Positions 8,043 through 16,829 of a stretch of 61,214 bases of DNA are shown in pieces (position 1 is the first letter of the stretch; each line of letters starts with the position of its first letter). Source of the stretch: a virus (taxonomy: Duplodnaviria > Caudoviricetes); the IMG/VR virus record IMGVR_UViG_3300049733_000144, positions 1-61,214 of that record; one strand, written 5' to 3'. A program made the position numbers and the translations under genes. The notes below the pieces were generated by a model that was not told the origin of the DNA, did no database searches, and worked only from the letters and a program-made list of their open reading frames with translations.

Positions 8043-8801
8043 ATGCGCGTCACACTGATCGACTACACCGGCAAGGGCTCTCCGAGCGAGCGCTGGAGGG
8101 CCGCGGACCTGATGATCTTCACCAAGAGCACCAGGGTCGCGATGTCGCCGTCTCTCCTCGACGAGATCACCGCGTGGCCAGAGGACAAGAAGCTCGCCGA
8201 GCTCCAGTACATGGCCAACACCATTCCCAGCTCGTGGGAGTTCTGCGACTACACGTTCATGGTGGAAGGAGTCACCCGCGCGCTGACGCACCAGCTGGTG
8301 CGGCACCGCCACATGTCGTTCGCCCAGCAGACCATGCAGATCCTCGACATGAGCCAAGGTCCGGGGTGGACCTATGAAGAGGGCCCTTCTCTCAGGGCTT
8401 CTTCATCTGGAAGTTCTTTGTATCAAAGGACCATGGAGAACGTGGCCAAGGGATACGCCCTGCTTGTCAAGACACCCGGCGTGCGGATAGAGGACGCCAG
8501 AGGAGTTTTACCAACCAACATCCACACCAACATCGTGGTCAAGGCCAACATGCGCTCCCTCGTGGAGCTGTTCCACAAGCGCGACAGTCCCAGGAACCTG
8601 TGGGAGATATCAGCCTTGATGGATCTCATCAAGGCCGAGGTTCTCAAGGCTCACTCGTGGATGGATTTGTTCATCAACAGAACATTCGACCAGGCGGCCA
8701 AGGACCTCGACAAGGAGCTCCGCTCGCTCGACGGCGTGGCTCCAGACAAAGTTAATCGCATGATGAAGCTGGTCGATCAGATGAGGATGAAATCGTCGTG
8801 A
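8043..8801 (+). CDS. thyX: Flavin-dependent thymidylate synthase-like protein (divergent active site)
   Basis: EFCDYTFMVEGVTRALTHQLVRHRHMSFAQQT and EDARGVLP...NMRSL. Confidence 0.85.
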   Translation: MRVTLIDYTGKGSPSERWRAADLMIFTKSTRVAMSPSLLDEITAWPEDKKLAELQYMANTIPSSWEFCDYTFMVEGVTRALTHQLVRHRHMSFAQQTMQILDMSQGPGWTYEEGPSLRASSSGSSLYQRTMENVAKGYALLVKTPGVRIEDARGVLPTNIHTNIVVKANMRSLVELFHKRDSPRNLWEISALMDLIKAEVLKAHSWMDLFINRTFDQAAKDLDKELRSLDGVAPDKVNRMMKLVDQMRMKSS

Positions 8802-9232
8802 CGTTCGTTGTTCTCTGCGACCTAGACCACACCGTCAGCGACGCCTCCTGGAGGGACGCCATGATCGACGGCAAGAACTGGGACGCCTACCACCAGGCCG
8901 GCTTCGAGGACAAGCCTCTGACTAAGATCATCGCTGTCGTCAGGGCCCTTCGAAACAGCGGCGCCACCGTGATCGGGCTCACCGCGCGACCAGAAAAATG
9001 GCGACAAGAAACAATCCGTTGGTTAGTGACCAACGGATGTCCCATGGACGAGATACTGATGCGGCCCGAAGGCAACCACATGCCGTCGCCTCAGGTCAAA
9101 GTCATGCTGGCCAGGCAGCGCTTCGGAGATCTGTCTGAGATCACCGTGGTGATCGACGACAGGGAGGACGTGTGCTCGGCGTTCGTCGCCGAAGGCGTCT
9201 CGGCCTTCCGCTGCGTGGCGGTGCCGCGATGA
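8798..9232 (+). CDS. HAD-superfamily phosphatase (PNK 3'-phosphatase-like)
   Basis: DLDHT motif I, LTARPE, ILMRP, K, IDDR. Confidence 0.85.
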   Translation: MTFVVLCDLDHTVSDASWRDAMIDGKNWDAYHQAGFEDKPLTKIIAVVRALRNSGATVIGLTARPEKWRQETIRWLVTNGCPMDEILMRPEGNHMPSPQVKVMLARQRFGDLSEITVVIDDREDVCSAFVAEGVSAFRCVAVPR

Positions 9233-9774
9233 ACAAGACCGTGCCCGACAGGCTCGCGGCCCTGGCCGACATATATCGGAGCAGAAACACTCTCTATTCC
9301 GACAACTACAAGCGCCTCGGCGACGCGCTGATCGCGATCTGGCCGAAAGGATTGTTCCTGCGCACGCCGCAAGATTTTCTGCGCTTCAGCATGTTCAACA
9401 TGCTGATCCACAAAATTTCCAGATACGGCGTCAACGTCCTGGCAGGCGGCCACGCCGACAGCTTGGACGACCTGGCCGTGTACGCCGTGATGATCAGAGA
9501 GTTGGACGATGAGCTCAACGTTCCTGTTCGATCTAGAAACCACAGGCCTGATGGCCAACCGCACCATGGCGCTGTCGCGGCAGCCCGAGGTGATCGAAGT
9601 CTACGCGTGCCTGGCAAGCCTGGAAACAGGAGAAACGAAGGCCGAAGTCGCGAGCCTGATCAGGCCGCTGGGCAAGCTGCCGGAAAGAGTCACCAAGATA
9701 ACCGGGATAACAAACGACATGGTGTTCGCGGAAGGCGTACCGGTGCTGGCAAAGCTGATCGGAGGCCTGATTGA
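9229..9774 (+). CDS. Alpha-helical nucleotide-modification-associated / pyrophosphatase-like protein
   Basis: RNTLYSDNY...KISRY...HADSLDDLAVYA pattern; the 3' 266 nt overlap the exonuclease gene. Confidence 0.55.
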   Translation: MNKTVPDRLAALADIYRSRNTLYSDNYKRLGDALIAIWPKGLFLRTPQDFLRFSMFNMLIHKISRYGVNVLAGGHADSLDDLAVYAVMIRELDDELNVPVRSRNHRPDGQPHHGAVAAARGDRSLRVPGKPGNRRNEGRSREPDQAAGQAAGKSHQDNRDNKRHGVRGRRTGAGKADRRPD

Positions 9775-10051
9775 CATGATCCACAGTTCCGACCTGGTGA
9801 TCAGCCACAACGCGTCGTTCGACACGGAAGTCCTCGAAGTGGAGGCCGAGCGCTGCGGCAAAAGGATCATCTGGCCCAGGGTCCTGTGCACCGTGGAGCA
9901 AACGATATCACTGAGAGGATATCGCTTGTCTCTCGGCGAGCTCCACGAGCACTGCTTCGGCGTCAAGTTCACCGGAGCCCACAGAGCCAGGGACGACGTC
10001 CAGGCCCTTCTTCGCTGCTGCGTTCACCTCAGGGCCGAGGGCGTGATATGA
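9509..10051 (+). CDS. DEDDh 3'-5' exonuclease (Pol III epsilon-like)
   Basis: FDLETTG, SHNASFD, AHRARDD. Confidence 0.9.
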   Translation: MSSTFLFDLETTGLMANRTMALSRQPEVIEVYACLASLETGETKAEVASLIRPLGKLPERVTKITGITNDMVFAEGVPVLAKLIGGLIDMIHSSDLVISHNASFDTEVLEVEAERCGKRIIWPRVLCTVEQTISLRGYRLSLGELHEHCFGVKFTGAHRARDDVQALLRCCVHLRAEGVI

Positions 10052-10524
10052 CGATGATCCTGATCGGCATGAACAACCCGCACGCCGACGAGGCCCTGGT
10101 GCCGACTCGCAGAGGAGACGCCGCGTCTCGACTCGAAGCCATAACCGGCGTCACCATCAAGGACCACTTCGATTGCCTGAACATGTGCTGCGATCGATAC
10201 TGGAACCCCGCGGCGGCTCGCAGGCGAGGCGTCATCATTCGCCAGATAGTCACCGAGGCAGGCGTCGACAAGGTGGTCGTCCTGGGCAGAGATGCCTGGC
10301 GAGCCCTGGGTTTCAAGGCCGCCGAGAGCGCGATAGTGATAGTGGCCAACAAGTGGCACCGAGTGCCTCACCCGTCGGGGAAGAACCTGTGGTACAACTC
10401 GCAAGCGAACAGAACGAAAGTCAAGAGGCTATTCGAAGCGCTCGTCAAATCGAGCGAGAGCTCATCGACGCCTTTCGTCGCGTCGGCGTCGATGTCAAGT
10501 TTGGAAGCGGAGAGTGCTTCGTAG
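10048..10524 (+). CDS. Uracil-DNA glycosylase superfamily protein
   Basis: ILIGMNNP, VVVLGRDA, VPHPSGKN motifs. Confidence 0.7.
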   Translation: MTMILIGMNNPHADEALVPTRRGDAASRLEAITGVTIKDHFDCLNMCCDRYWNPAAARRRGVIIRQIVTEAGVDKVVVLGRDAWRALGFKAAESAIVIVANKWHRVPHPSGKNLWYNSQANRTKVKRLFEALVKSSESSSTPFVASASMSSLEAESAS

Positions 10525-10607
10525 AGCTGAGCGACGACAAGGAGCTTCGAATCTCTGACCTGGTGTCAGCCCTTACTGATCACGTCACGCCACGGAGGTG
10601 AAACGCA

Positions 10608-10958
10608 ATGACCGAGCTCAGAAACCACCGCATCATCGAGTACAGGGACAAGAAAAGCGACAGGATGATCAAGGCCCTCCTCTGCGTGTCGCGCAACGAC
10701 AAGTACAGAGACTCGGTGGCCCTGACCATCCAGACGTTCAAGGACGCCATCGCCGCCTACGGCATCGAGCAGGTCTGCGTCGAGCTCCCTGGCAACAGGA
10801 GATACCGACTCGCCCTCGATCTCGTGTGGGAGAAGATCAACAGCGCGGACCGCATCCACGTCGGCGGCGACGGCAGCGAGTTCCTGATCCTCCGCTTCGA
10901 GGACGACGACGAGTGGAACTCCGCGGAGCTCAAGCACTCCTCGAGGCACCAGCGATGA
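10608..10958 (+). CDS. Hypothetical protein
   Basis: GGAGG RBS; ATGA coupling to dnaE. Confidence 0.6.
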   Translation: MTELRNHRIIEYRDKKSDRMIKALLCVSRNDKYRDSVALTIQTFKDAIAAYGIEQVCVELPGNRRYRLALDLVWEKINSADRIHVGGDGSEFLILRFEDDDEWNSAELKHSSRHQR

Positions 10959-13822
10959 GGGTCAGGACGGGCTACTCGTTCCGGGCGGCCGTAGGCCACC
11001 TCGAGGAAGTAATCAATCGCCTACAGGCGATCGATTATCCCGCAGCTCCGATCTCTGACCGCTGCTCGACGTTCGGGTTCTCGAAGTGGGACAAGCTGAC
11101 GCGGAAAGCCGGCCTCCGCCCCGTCTTCGGCGTCGAGCTGGCGGTCGTGCCAGAACTGGGACAGAAAAGACCAGTGGTAGATCACTGGTCGTTCTTCGCC
11201 AAGGAGTCTCTGCGACCCCTCCACGACTTGATCGCCAAGGCCACGTCCAACCACGGCAAGGAGCCCAGCGTCCTCTACGGCCAGGCCCTCGCCGCCGCTG
11301 GCCTGATCAAAGTGGCCGGCGCCAGGGTTCTGATCAACAAGGTGCCGACCGACTCGACAGACTTCTATGTCGCGTTGTCTCCTTCCACTCCAAAATTCCT
11401 CTACACTGCCGCCACGCGAAATGGATTTCGCATGGTCGCTTCGTCGGACAACTACCACACGCTTCGCTCCGATCTGGAATTCTACCGCGTCGCACTCGGC
11501 TCCAGGTCCAGCACGCAGACTTACCCGACCCACATATTGTCGGACCAGGAGTGGCGCGACTCGGTGGCTTGGTTCGCCGACGAAGATGTCGTGACCAGAG
11601 CTCTGGCCACGAGAAACGACCTGCTGGCCGCGTGCCGAGCCGAGATCATCAAGGCCGACCTGCTGGTGCCAGCCAAGCCCAAGTCTCTGCGGCAGATGTG
11701 CCAAGAAGGAGCCGAAATAAGAGGAATAAATTTGAGTGATCAAATTTATTCCTCTCGCCTCGACCGAGAGCTCTCGATCATAGCCGAGAAAAAATTCGAG
11801 GACTACTTCTACATCCTGGCGGACATGGTGGCGTGGGCCAGGGAGCGGATGGTCGTCGGCCCGGCGCGAGGCTCCTCTTGCGGGTCGCTCGTTTGCTACT
11901 TGATCGGCATCACGGCCATCGATCCGATCCCGTTCAAGCTGGTGTTCGAGCGGTTCATCGACGTGACCAGGGCCGACTTGCCGGACATCGACGTGGATTT
12001 CAGCGACGCCAATCGCCACCTCGTTTTCGAGTACGCGGAGCAGAAGTACGGCAAAGACAGAGTCGCAAGGCTCGGCTCCGTCGGCACGTTCCAGCCGGCA
12101 TCTGTGTTCAACCGGCTGTCCGACGCGCTCAGGATACCGTCGCATGAGATCGAAAAAGTCACCAACAGCCTGATCAAGCGATCGAGGGGAGACTCGCGCG
12201 CCAGCCAAACCATAGAAGACACGTTCAACGACACCGAGGCCGGCAAGGAGCTGGTTCGCGATCACCCGGAAGTCAAGATCGCCTTCAGGCTTGAGGACCA
12301 TCCCACCAACGCCGGCCAGCACGCCGCCGGAGTGGTGATCACGAACACTCCGGTCGCGGACCACGTCGCGGTCGACATGCGAACGGGCGCGATCATGGCC
12401 GACAAGAAAGACGCGGAAGAGCTCGGCCTGCTCAAGATCGACGCGCTCGGCCTGACTCAGCTTTCCACGTTCGAGCGGACGATGGAGCTGATAGGCAAAC
12501 GTCCCGTCTCGGGTTGGCTCGAGACTCTGCCGATCGACGACCAGTCGGCGTTCGACGTCCTCAACAGGAAGCACTTCGCCGGAGTGTTCCAGTTTATCGG
12601 CAAATCCGTCAGGTCTCTGGCAGAGGAAATTAAGATCGACCGCTTCGGAGACTTAGCCGACATAACAGCCCTGGCCAGGCCTGGCCCTATAGGCGGCGGC
12701 GGAGCCGACGACTGGGTGGCCCGCCGAACCGGAAAGAGACCAGTGACCTACGTCCACCAGGCGTTCGAGCCTTACCTCAAGGACACATACGGCGTGGTGG
12801 TGTACCAGGAGCAGGTCCTGGCCATAGGTCGCGAGATCGGAGACTTGTCGTGGGAGGAAGTAACCGGCCTTCGCAAAGCGATGTCCCGTTCCCTGGGCAA
12901 AGAATACTTCGACGCCAACGGCGGCAACAAGTGGAAGGACGTGGCCACGGCCAAGGGCATTCCCAGGGAGACCGCCGAGAAGATGTGGGACGAGATCTGC
13001 TCGTTCGGTCTGTGGGCATTCAACCTGGCGCACTCGGTGGCGTACGGCATGGTGAGCTACTGGTGCTGCTGGCTCAAGGCCCATCACCCGCTCGAGTTCG
13101 CCGCCGCCACGCTCGATGCCGAGTCGGACCCGACGCGCCAGGTCACCGTCCTCCGCGAGCTCGCCGAGGAAGGCGTCGAGTATCTACCCGTCGATCCAAA
13201 CTTGTCGACGGATAGATGGACGGTTCAGCGCGGCGACAGGCCGCGGCTGATCGGCCCGCTGACGGCGATCAAAGGCATAGGTCCGGCGAATGTCCTCACC
13301 ATCCTGGACGCCAGGAAGAACGGAGTCGAGCTGACACCTGGCCTCCGCAAGAAGCTCGAGTCGCCGAAAACCGAGATCGACAGCTTGTATCCGATCAGCA
13401 AAGCCGCGTCGCCGTTGATGGAAAAGAAAAAAATCGAGACTCCGCGCTGGGACATCAAAGACGTTCAGCCCAGCGTGGCCCAAGAAGTCATGATCGTCGG
13501 CGTCGTGACCAAGATCAACCCGTCGAACGAGAATGCTCCCATCAAAGTCGCGCGACGCAACGGCCAAAAGGTCTACCCTGAGATGGCCCTCAACATGTTC
13601 GTCAAGGACGACACGGACGAGATCTTCTGCAAAGTCCACCGCAACAGCTACGAGCGAATAGGCAAAGAGATAGCGGCCGAGAGCCGCGTTGGCAAATCGA
13701 TTTACGCCATCAAGGGCAGACCCCAGGCCGGAGATTTCCGAATGATCTGGGTCAGGGCAGTTCGCTACCTCGGAGAGATCGATGGCAAAGAGAAAAACCC
13801 GGTGCTGGAGCAGAGCGGCTGA
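10955..13822 (+). CDS. dnaE: DNA polymerase III alpha subunit (family C)
   Basis: PHP-like N-terminus (RTGYSF, PVFGVE), GPARGSSCGSLV, LPDIDVDF, HAAGVVI, KIDALGL, VYQEQV, FNLAHSVAY. Confidence 0.95.
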   Translation: MRVRTGYSFRAAVGHLEEVINRLQAIDYPAAPISDRCSTFGFSKWDKLTRKAGLRPVFGVELAVVPELGQKRPVVDHWSFFAKESLRPLHDLIAKATSNHGKEPSVLYGQALAAAGLIKVAGARVLINKVPTDSTDFYVALSPSTPKFLYTAATRNGFRMVASSDNYHTLRSDLEFYRVALGSRSSTQTYPTHILSDQEWRDSVAWFADEDVVTRALATRNDLLAACRAEIIKADLLVPAKPKSLRQMCQEGAEIRGINLSDQIYSSRLDRELSIIAEKKFEDYFYILADMVAWARERMVVGPARGSSCGSLVCYLIGITAIDPIPFKLVFERFIDVTRADLPDIDVDFSDANRHLVFEYAEQKYGKDRVARLGSVGTFQPASVFNRLSDALRIPSHEIEKVTNSLIKRSRGDSRASQTIEDTFNDTEAGKELVRDHPEVKIAFRLEDHPTNAGQHAAGVVITNTPVADHVAVDMRTGAIMADKKDAEELGLLKIDALGLTQLSTFERTMELIGKRPVSGWLETLPIDDQSAFDVLNRKHFAGVFQFIGKSVRSLAEEIKIDRFGDLADITALARPGPIGGGGADDWVARRTGKRPVTYVHQAFEPYLKDTYGVVVYQEQVLAIGREIGDLSWEEVTGLRKAMSRSLGKEYFDANGGNKWKDVATAKGIPRETAEKMWDEICSFGLWAFNLAHSVAYGMVSYWCCWLKAHHPLEFAAATLDAESDPTRQVTVLRELAEEGVEYLPVDPNLSTDRWTVQRGDRPRLIGPLTAIKGIGPANVLTILDARKNGVELTPGLRKKLESPKTEIDSLYPISKAASPLMEKKKIETPRWDIKDVQPSVAQEVMIVGVVTKINPSNENAPIKVARRNGQKVYPEMALNMFVKDDTDEIFCKVHRNSYERIGKEIAAESRVGKSIYAIKGRPQAGDFRMIWVRAVRYLGEIDGKEKNPVLEQSG

Positions 13823-13877
13823 TCGAGCATTTCCCGCGGCCGCCGAACAGCGGGTTCGATTCCCGCGACCGGGGCCG
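13798..13877 (+). ncRNA. Degenerate tRNA-like element
   Basis: Perfect T-arm GCGGG-TTCGATT-CCCGC; CCCGGT/ACCGGG acceptor-like pairing; TGGAGCAG..CGG D-arm-like segment; no clear anticodon arm; ends CCG. Confidence 0.4.
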
Positions 13878-13894
13878 AGTGATACGATCGTCGT

Positions 13895-14284
13895 GTGCGC
13901 GATGGCAATCTCAGATCGATTTTCGCCAGGAATATCACAGAGGCCCACTGGCAGCCGGTGGAGACCTGGAGCACCGGCCAGGGCGTGCCGGACACCGAGT
14001 ACTGCCTCGACGGCGCGACGGGATGGATCGAGTTCAAGAGGGTCACCGGCTGGCGCGTGGACCTGGCTCCATTCCAGGTGGCGTGGCTCCTGAGGCGGCA
14101 TCGAGCCGGTGGTACTGTCCTAGTGGCCTCCAGGAAAGACGAAACGCTGTGGCTCCACTGCGGCAGCCAGGCGGCATTCCTGGCCAAAGAAAGGGTTGAC
14201 CAGGTGCCTCCGGTCCTGGTCACCACTGGAGGGCCCGCGGCCTGGGACTGGCAAGCCGTCAAAGAGGCGATGAAAAAGAAATAA
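13895..14284 (+). CDS. VRR-NUC / PD-(D/E)XK nuclease (resolvase-like)
   Basis: GVPD...WIEFK...LAPFQVAWL...GG. Confidence 0.8.
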   Translation: MRDGNLRSIFARNITEAHWQPVETWSTGQGVPDTEYCLDGATGWIEFKRVTGWRVDLAPFQVAWLLRRHRAGGTVLVASRKDETLWLHCGSQAAFLAKERVDQVPPVLVTTGGPAAWDWQAVKEAMKKK

Positions 14285-14365
14285 AATTTCGCCAAAACAA
14301 CGCGCTTTCCTATTTACTTACTTACTCTTTGTGGTACAATGGTCTCACGATCAGGGAGACGGAAA
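14273..14365 (+). promoter_or_regulatory. Early promoter/RBS cassette, copy 1
   Basis: AAAAAGAAATAAAATTTCG, TTTACTTACTT, TGGTACAAT, GGTCTCACGATCAGGGAG before the ATG. Confidence 0.75.
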
Positions 14366-14518
14366 ATGAAAACCTTCATCGTGCGATATCAGGACCCCAA
14401 GAAGCCTTGGGAAGACAAAGTTGAAAAGTTCAAGGACGAGACCAAGGCGATCGCGCGGATGCGCAAGCTGATCGCGCAGAAGGTGCAGGACGTAACGATC
14501 ATGTCATATCAAGCCTGA
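14366..14518 (+). CDS. Small early protein (50 aa, MKTFIVRYQDPKKPW...)
   Basis: Translated by hand; directly after the cassette with GGGAG RBS. Confidence 0.7.
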   Translation: MKTFIVRYQDPKKPWEDKVEKFKDETKAIARMRKLIAQKVQDVTIMSYQA

Positions 14519-14524
14519 CGGGAG

Positions 14525-14719
14525 ATGAAAATAACCAGCATGCCACTGAAATGCTCGATCTGCCGCCAGGAGATACCGCCGTACCACGGCTGGAGGCACG
14601 GCTGCAGCGCCTGGCCGATCAACCTGGGCCGCTGCTGCCACGACTGCGACCAGAAGGTGGTCCTGCCCGAGAGGATCAGGCGCCTAGCCGCCCAGATCGC
14701 CGCCGAAAAAAAGAAATAA
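14525..14719 (+). CDS. Small Zn-finger protein
   Basis: CSIC...AWP...GRCCHDCD; GGGAG RBS. Confidence 0.65.
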   Translation: MKITSMPLKCSICRQEIPPYHGWRHGCSAWPINLGRCCHDCDQKVVLPERIRRLAAQIAAEKKK

Positions 14720-14788
14720 AATTTCGTCTTTTCCTATTTACTTACTTACTCTTTTTGGTAAGATGGTCTCACGATCAGGGAGACGAAA
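14706..14788 (+). promoter_or_regulatory. Early promoter/RBS cassette, copy 2
   Basis: Near-identical to copy 1 (-10 TGGTAAGAT). Confidence 0.75.
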
Positions 14789-14947
14789 ATGACCACCGAC
14801 AAGAAAATCTTTGCTGAAATCGATTCGATCCTGAAACGGGCCGAAGAATTGGAAAAAAATCCGCCCAAGAAAACGATTTCTTATGCGGAATTTTTGGCCA
14901 AGCGAGGTATCGACATCGATAAAATCATCAAGGAAACTCCCTGCTGA
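14789..14947 (+). CDS. Small early protein (52 aa, MTTDKKIFAEID...)
   Basis: Translated by hand; follows the cassette. Confidence 0.7.
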   Translation: MTTDKKIFAEIDSILKRAEELEKNPPKKTISYAEFLAKRGIDIDKIIKETPC

Positions 14948-14991
14948 TGGGATTTTCCTTTTTCCACTCACTCACATCACAGGAGCCTACC

Positions 14992-15477
14992 ATGTTCGAC
15001 GATCTCGACCACGACCTGGACTGCCAGGAAACTACCGCTGACATTCTGACTGGCAAATTCGACTGCGCCGTCAAGGTCCGCCAGTTCATGCGGGCCGGCA
15101 AGGCGGTCGTGACCCTGAAGAGCCTCAAGTCAGGCGCCAGGTTCACGTACCGGCTGACCGTGTCAGAGGACAAGCAGGCCATCTTCGTCGGCCTGATGAG
15201 CGGGCCCGACAACAATTCACACTACAAGTACATCGGCCGCGTCGCCCGCGACATCTTCTGGGCAGGCCGCAAGGTTCCCCGCCCGGGCGACATCAGCCCG
15301 GACGCGCCGGGATCGGTGGCGTTCGCCTGGGCCTGGCGCCAGCTGGCCACGGGCAACATGCCCGCCACCCTGGAAGTCTGGCACGAAGGACGATGCGGCC
15401 GCTGCGCCAGGAGGCTCACGGTTCCCGAGTCGATCGCCTCTGGCTTCGGCCCGGAGTGCGCAGGGCGGATGGGCTGA
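14992..15477 (+). CDS. DUF6011-like Zn-ribbon protein
   Basis: WHEGRCGRCARRLTVPESIASGFGPECA; AGGAG RBS. Confidence 0.7.
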   Translation: MFDDLDHDLDCQETTADILTGKFDCAVKVRQFMRAGKAVVTLKSLKSGARFTYRLTVSEDKQAIFVGLMSGPDNNSHYKYIGRVARDIFWAGRKVPRPGDISPDAPGSVAFAWAWRQLATGNMPATLEVWHEGRCGRCARRLTVPESIASGFGPECAGRMG

Positions 15478-15483
15478 AAAATA

Positions 15484-15518
15484 AAGGGTGCCAAAATCTG
15501 TTTTGTTTTGGCACCCTT
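15484..15518. other. 13-bp inverted repeat (hairpin: terminator or operator)
   Basis: AAGGGTGCCAAAA ... TTTTGGCACCCTT, intergenic. Confidence 0.55.
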
Positions 15519-15566
15519 AGCACTCAAGTTGATTCGGCGAAACACATCACCATCACGGAGGCTACC

Positions 15567-15737
15567 ATGTTGAGAAACCTGACTTCGTTCGAGCTGGCCG
15601 TGCTCGAGGGCAGCGGCCAGATGCTCCCGGACGATCCGTACGAGCGCGAGGAGGAGATCAACCGACTCGCCCGCCAAGCGCTTCGCGATTACGATCGCGC
15701 GTTCAGCTCGATCCTTGACGTTGATGACGACTACTGA
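15567..15737 (+). CDS. Small acidic hypothetical protein
   Basis: GGAGG RBS, 56 aa. Confidence 0.6.
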   Translation: MLRNLTSFELAVLEGSGQMLPDDPYEREEEINRLARQALRDYDRAFSSILDVDDDY

Positions 15738-15780
15738 CATTACTTACTTACCATTCTGTGGTAAGATGAAACAGGAGGCG

Positions 15781-16140
15781 ATGATGATCACTGACAAGCA
15801 ACTCAAAGACTGGATCGCGGCCCTCAGGTCTGGCGACTATAAGCAGGGCTGCAAGGCCCTGTGCGTCGAGGACGATCACGGCCAGCGATCGTACTGCTGC
15901 CTTGGAGTCCTGGCCGACTTAGTCGATTCAACCTGGAACAAGCAGAGAGACGAAGAAGACGTCGTGACCTGGCTGTCTCGAGGCGAGCACCACGACCAGT
16001 TCCTGCCAGGAGACATGGTCGACGACGATGTCCAGGCCTTGCTAAGCGAGCTCAATGATTTCGGCTCGACATTCGAAGAAATAGCCGACAGGATCGAGCG
16101 CGACGGCATCGTTGATATCAAGCCGTGGCTCAAGCCATGA
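15781..16140 (+). CDS. Hypothetical phage protein
   Basis: TTACTTACTT promoter box and AGGAGG RBS; WIAALRSGDYKQG...YCCLGV...ND...TFEEIAD pattern common in phage early proteins. Confidence 0.7.
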   Translation: MMITDKQLKDWIAALRSGDYKQGCKALCVEDDHGQRSYCCLGVLADLVDSTWNKQRDEEDVVTWLSRGEHHDQFLPGDMVDDDVQALLSELNDFGSTFEEIADRIERDGIVDIKPWLKP

Positions 16141-16829
16141 CCGGAAACAACCAGTTCAAGAATTTCAAGGACAAGCCAGTCGTAGAGACAGTCAAGCTGG
16201 CGATGGAATGCTATCCTGACGACAACAGGATCGCTGCCCAGAGCATCGGCATGAGCGACAAGTCGTACCGATATATCAAGAAGGCTTTGACTCTGAGAAA
16301 CAACAACGGTCTGCCGACTGAGCTCAAGGAAAAGATCGATGAGGCCATGGCCACCATCGACGAGAAAAAAGGCATGGCGGATGCCCAGCGAATGCTGGCG
16401 TTCGCCGGCATCATGTTTCCCGAGCCGTGCGTCCAGAGCAAGATATACCGGACCATAGAGAGCGCCGAGCAGCGCGCCGAACTAGTGGCCAAGAGCGAGC
16501 AGCTGCGCATCGAGCGATCACAGATGCGCGCGGTGAAGAGCTCGCTGTCGCGAGCCGACAGGATAGCAGAGAGCCGGAAAAAGTACGAGGCCAAGAGGCG
16601 GCATAAAGCCCAGGAACCCAAGCGACAGAAGCGACTGGACCAGACGCTGATCCACATCCGCGAGAGCTGCGAGAGCACCCGCGACATGGAGATGCCGACG
16701 CGACTGGACGACGCGGAGATCAGGAAGGCCGTGGCCACGCTGTCGGTCAGCATAGAGCTGATCGGCCAGCTCATGAAGCGACTGCTAGGAGAGGGAGACG
16801 ACGATGACCACATCAACGGTAAAGGCTGA
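16137..16829 (+). CDS. Hypothetical helical/coiled-coil protein
   Basis: ATGA overlap with the upstream gene; long ORF. Confidence 0.6.
   Translation: MTGNNQFKNFKDKPVVETVKLAMECYPDDNRIAAQSIGMSDKSYRYIKKALTLRNNNGLPTELKEKIDEAMATIDEKKGMADAQRMLAFAGIMFPEPCVQSKIYRTIESAEQRAELVAKSEQLRIERSQMRAVKSSLSRADRIAESRKKYEAKRRHKAQEPKRQKRLDQTLIHIRESCESTRDMEMPTRLDDAEIRKAVATLSVSIELIGQLMKRLLGEGDDDDHINGKG

Noticed and set aside
7785-8058. C-terminal G/A/R-rich part of the 256-aa ORF 7288-8058, and ORFs 7188-7517, 7444-8001, 7757-8053, 7836-8039
   Set aside because: These are read-through translations of the stop-poor pentamer arrays. A 5-nt period is not a coding pattern, and the real C-terminus is in the +1 frame.
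10598-10954. N-terminal extension of DnaE in the ORF track
   Set aside because: It overlaps a better gene (10608-10958). DnaE homology starts at the coupled ATG at 10955.
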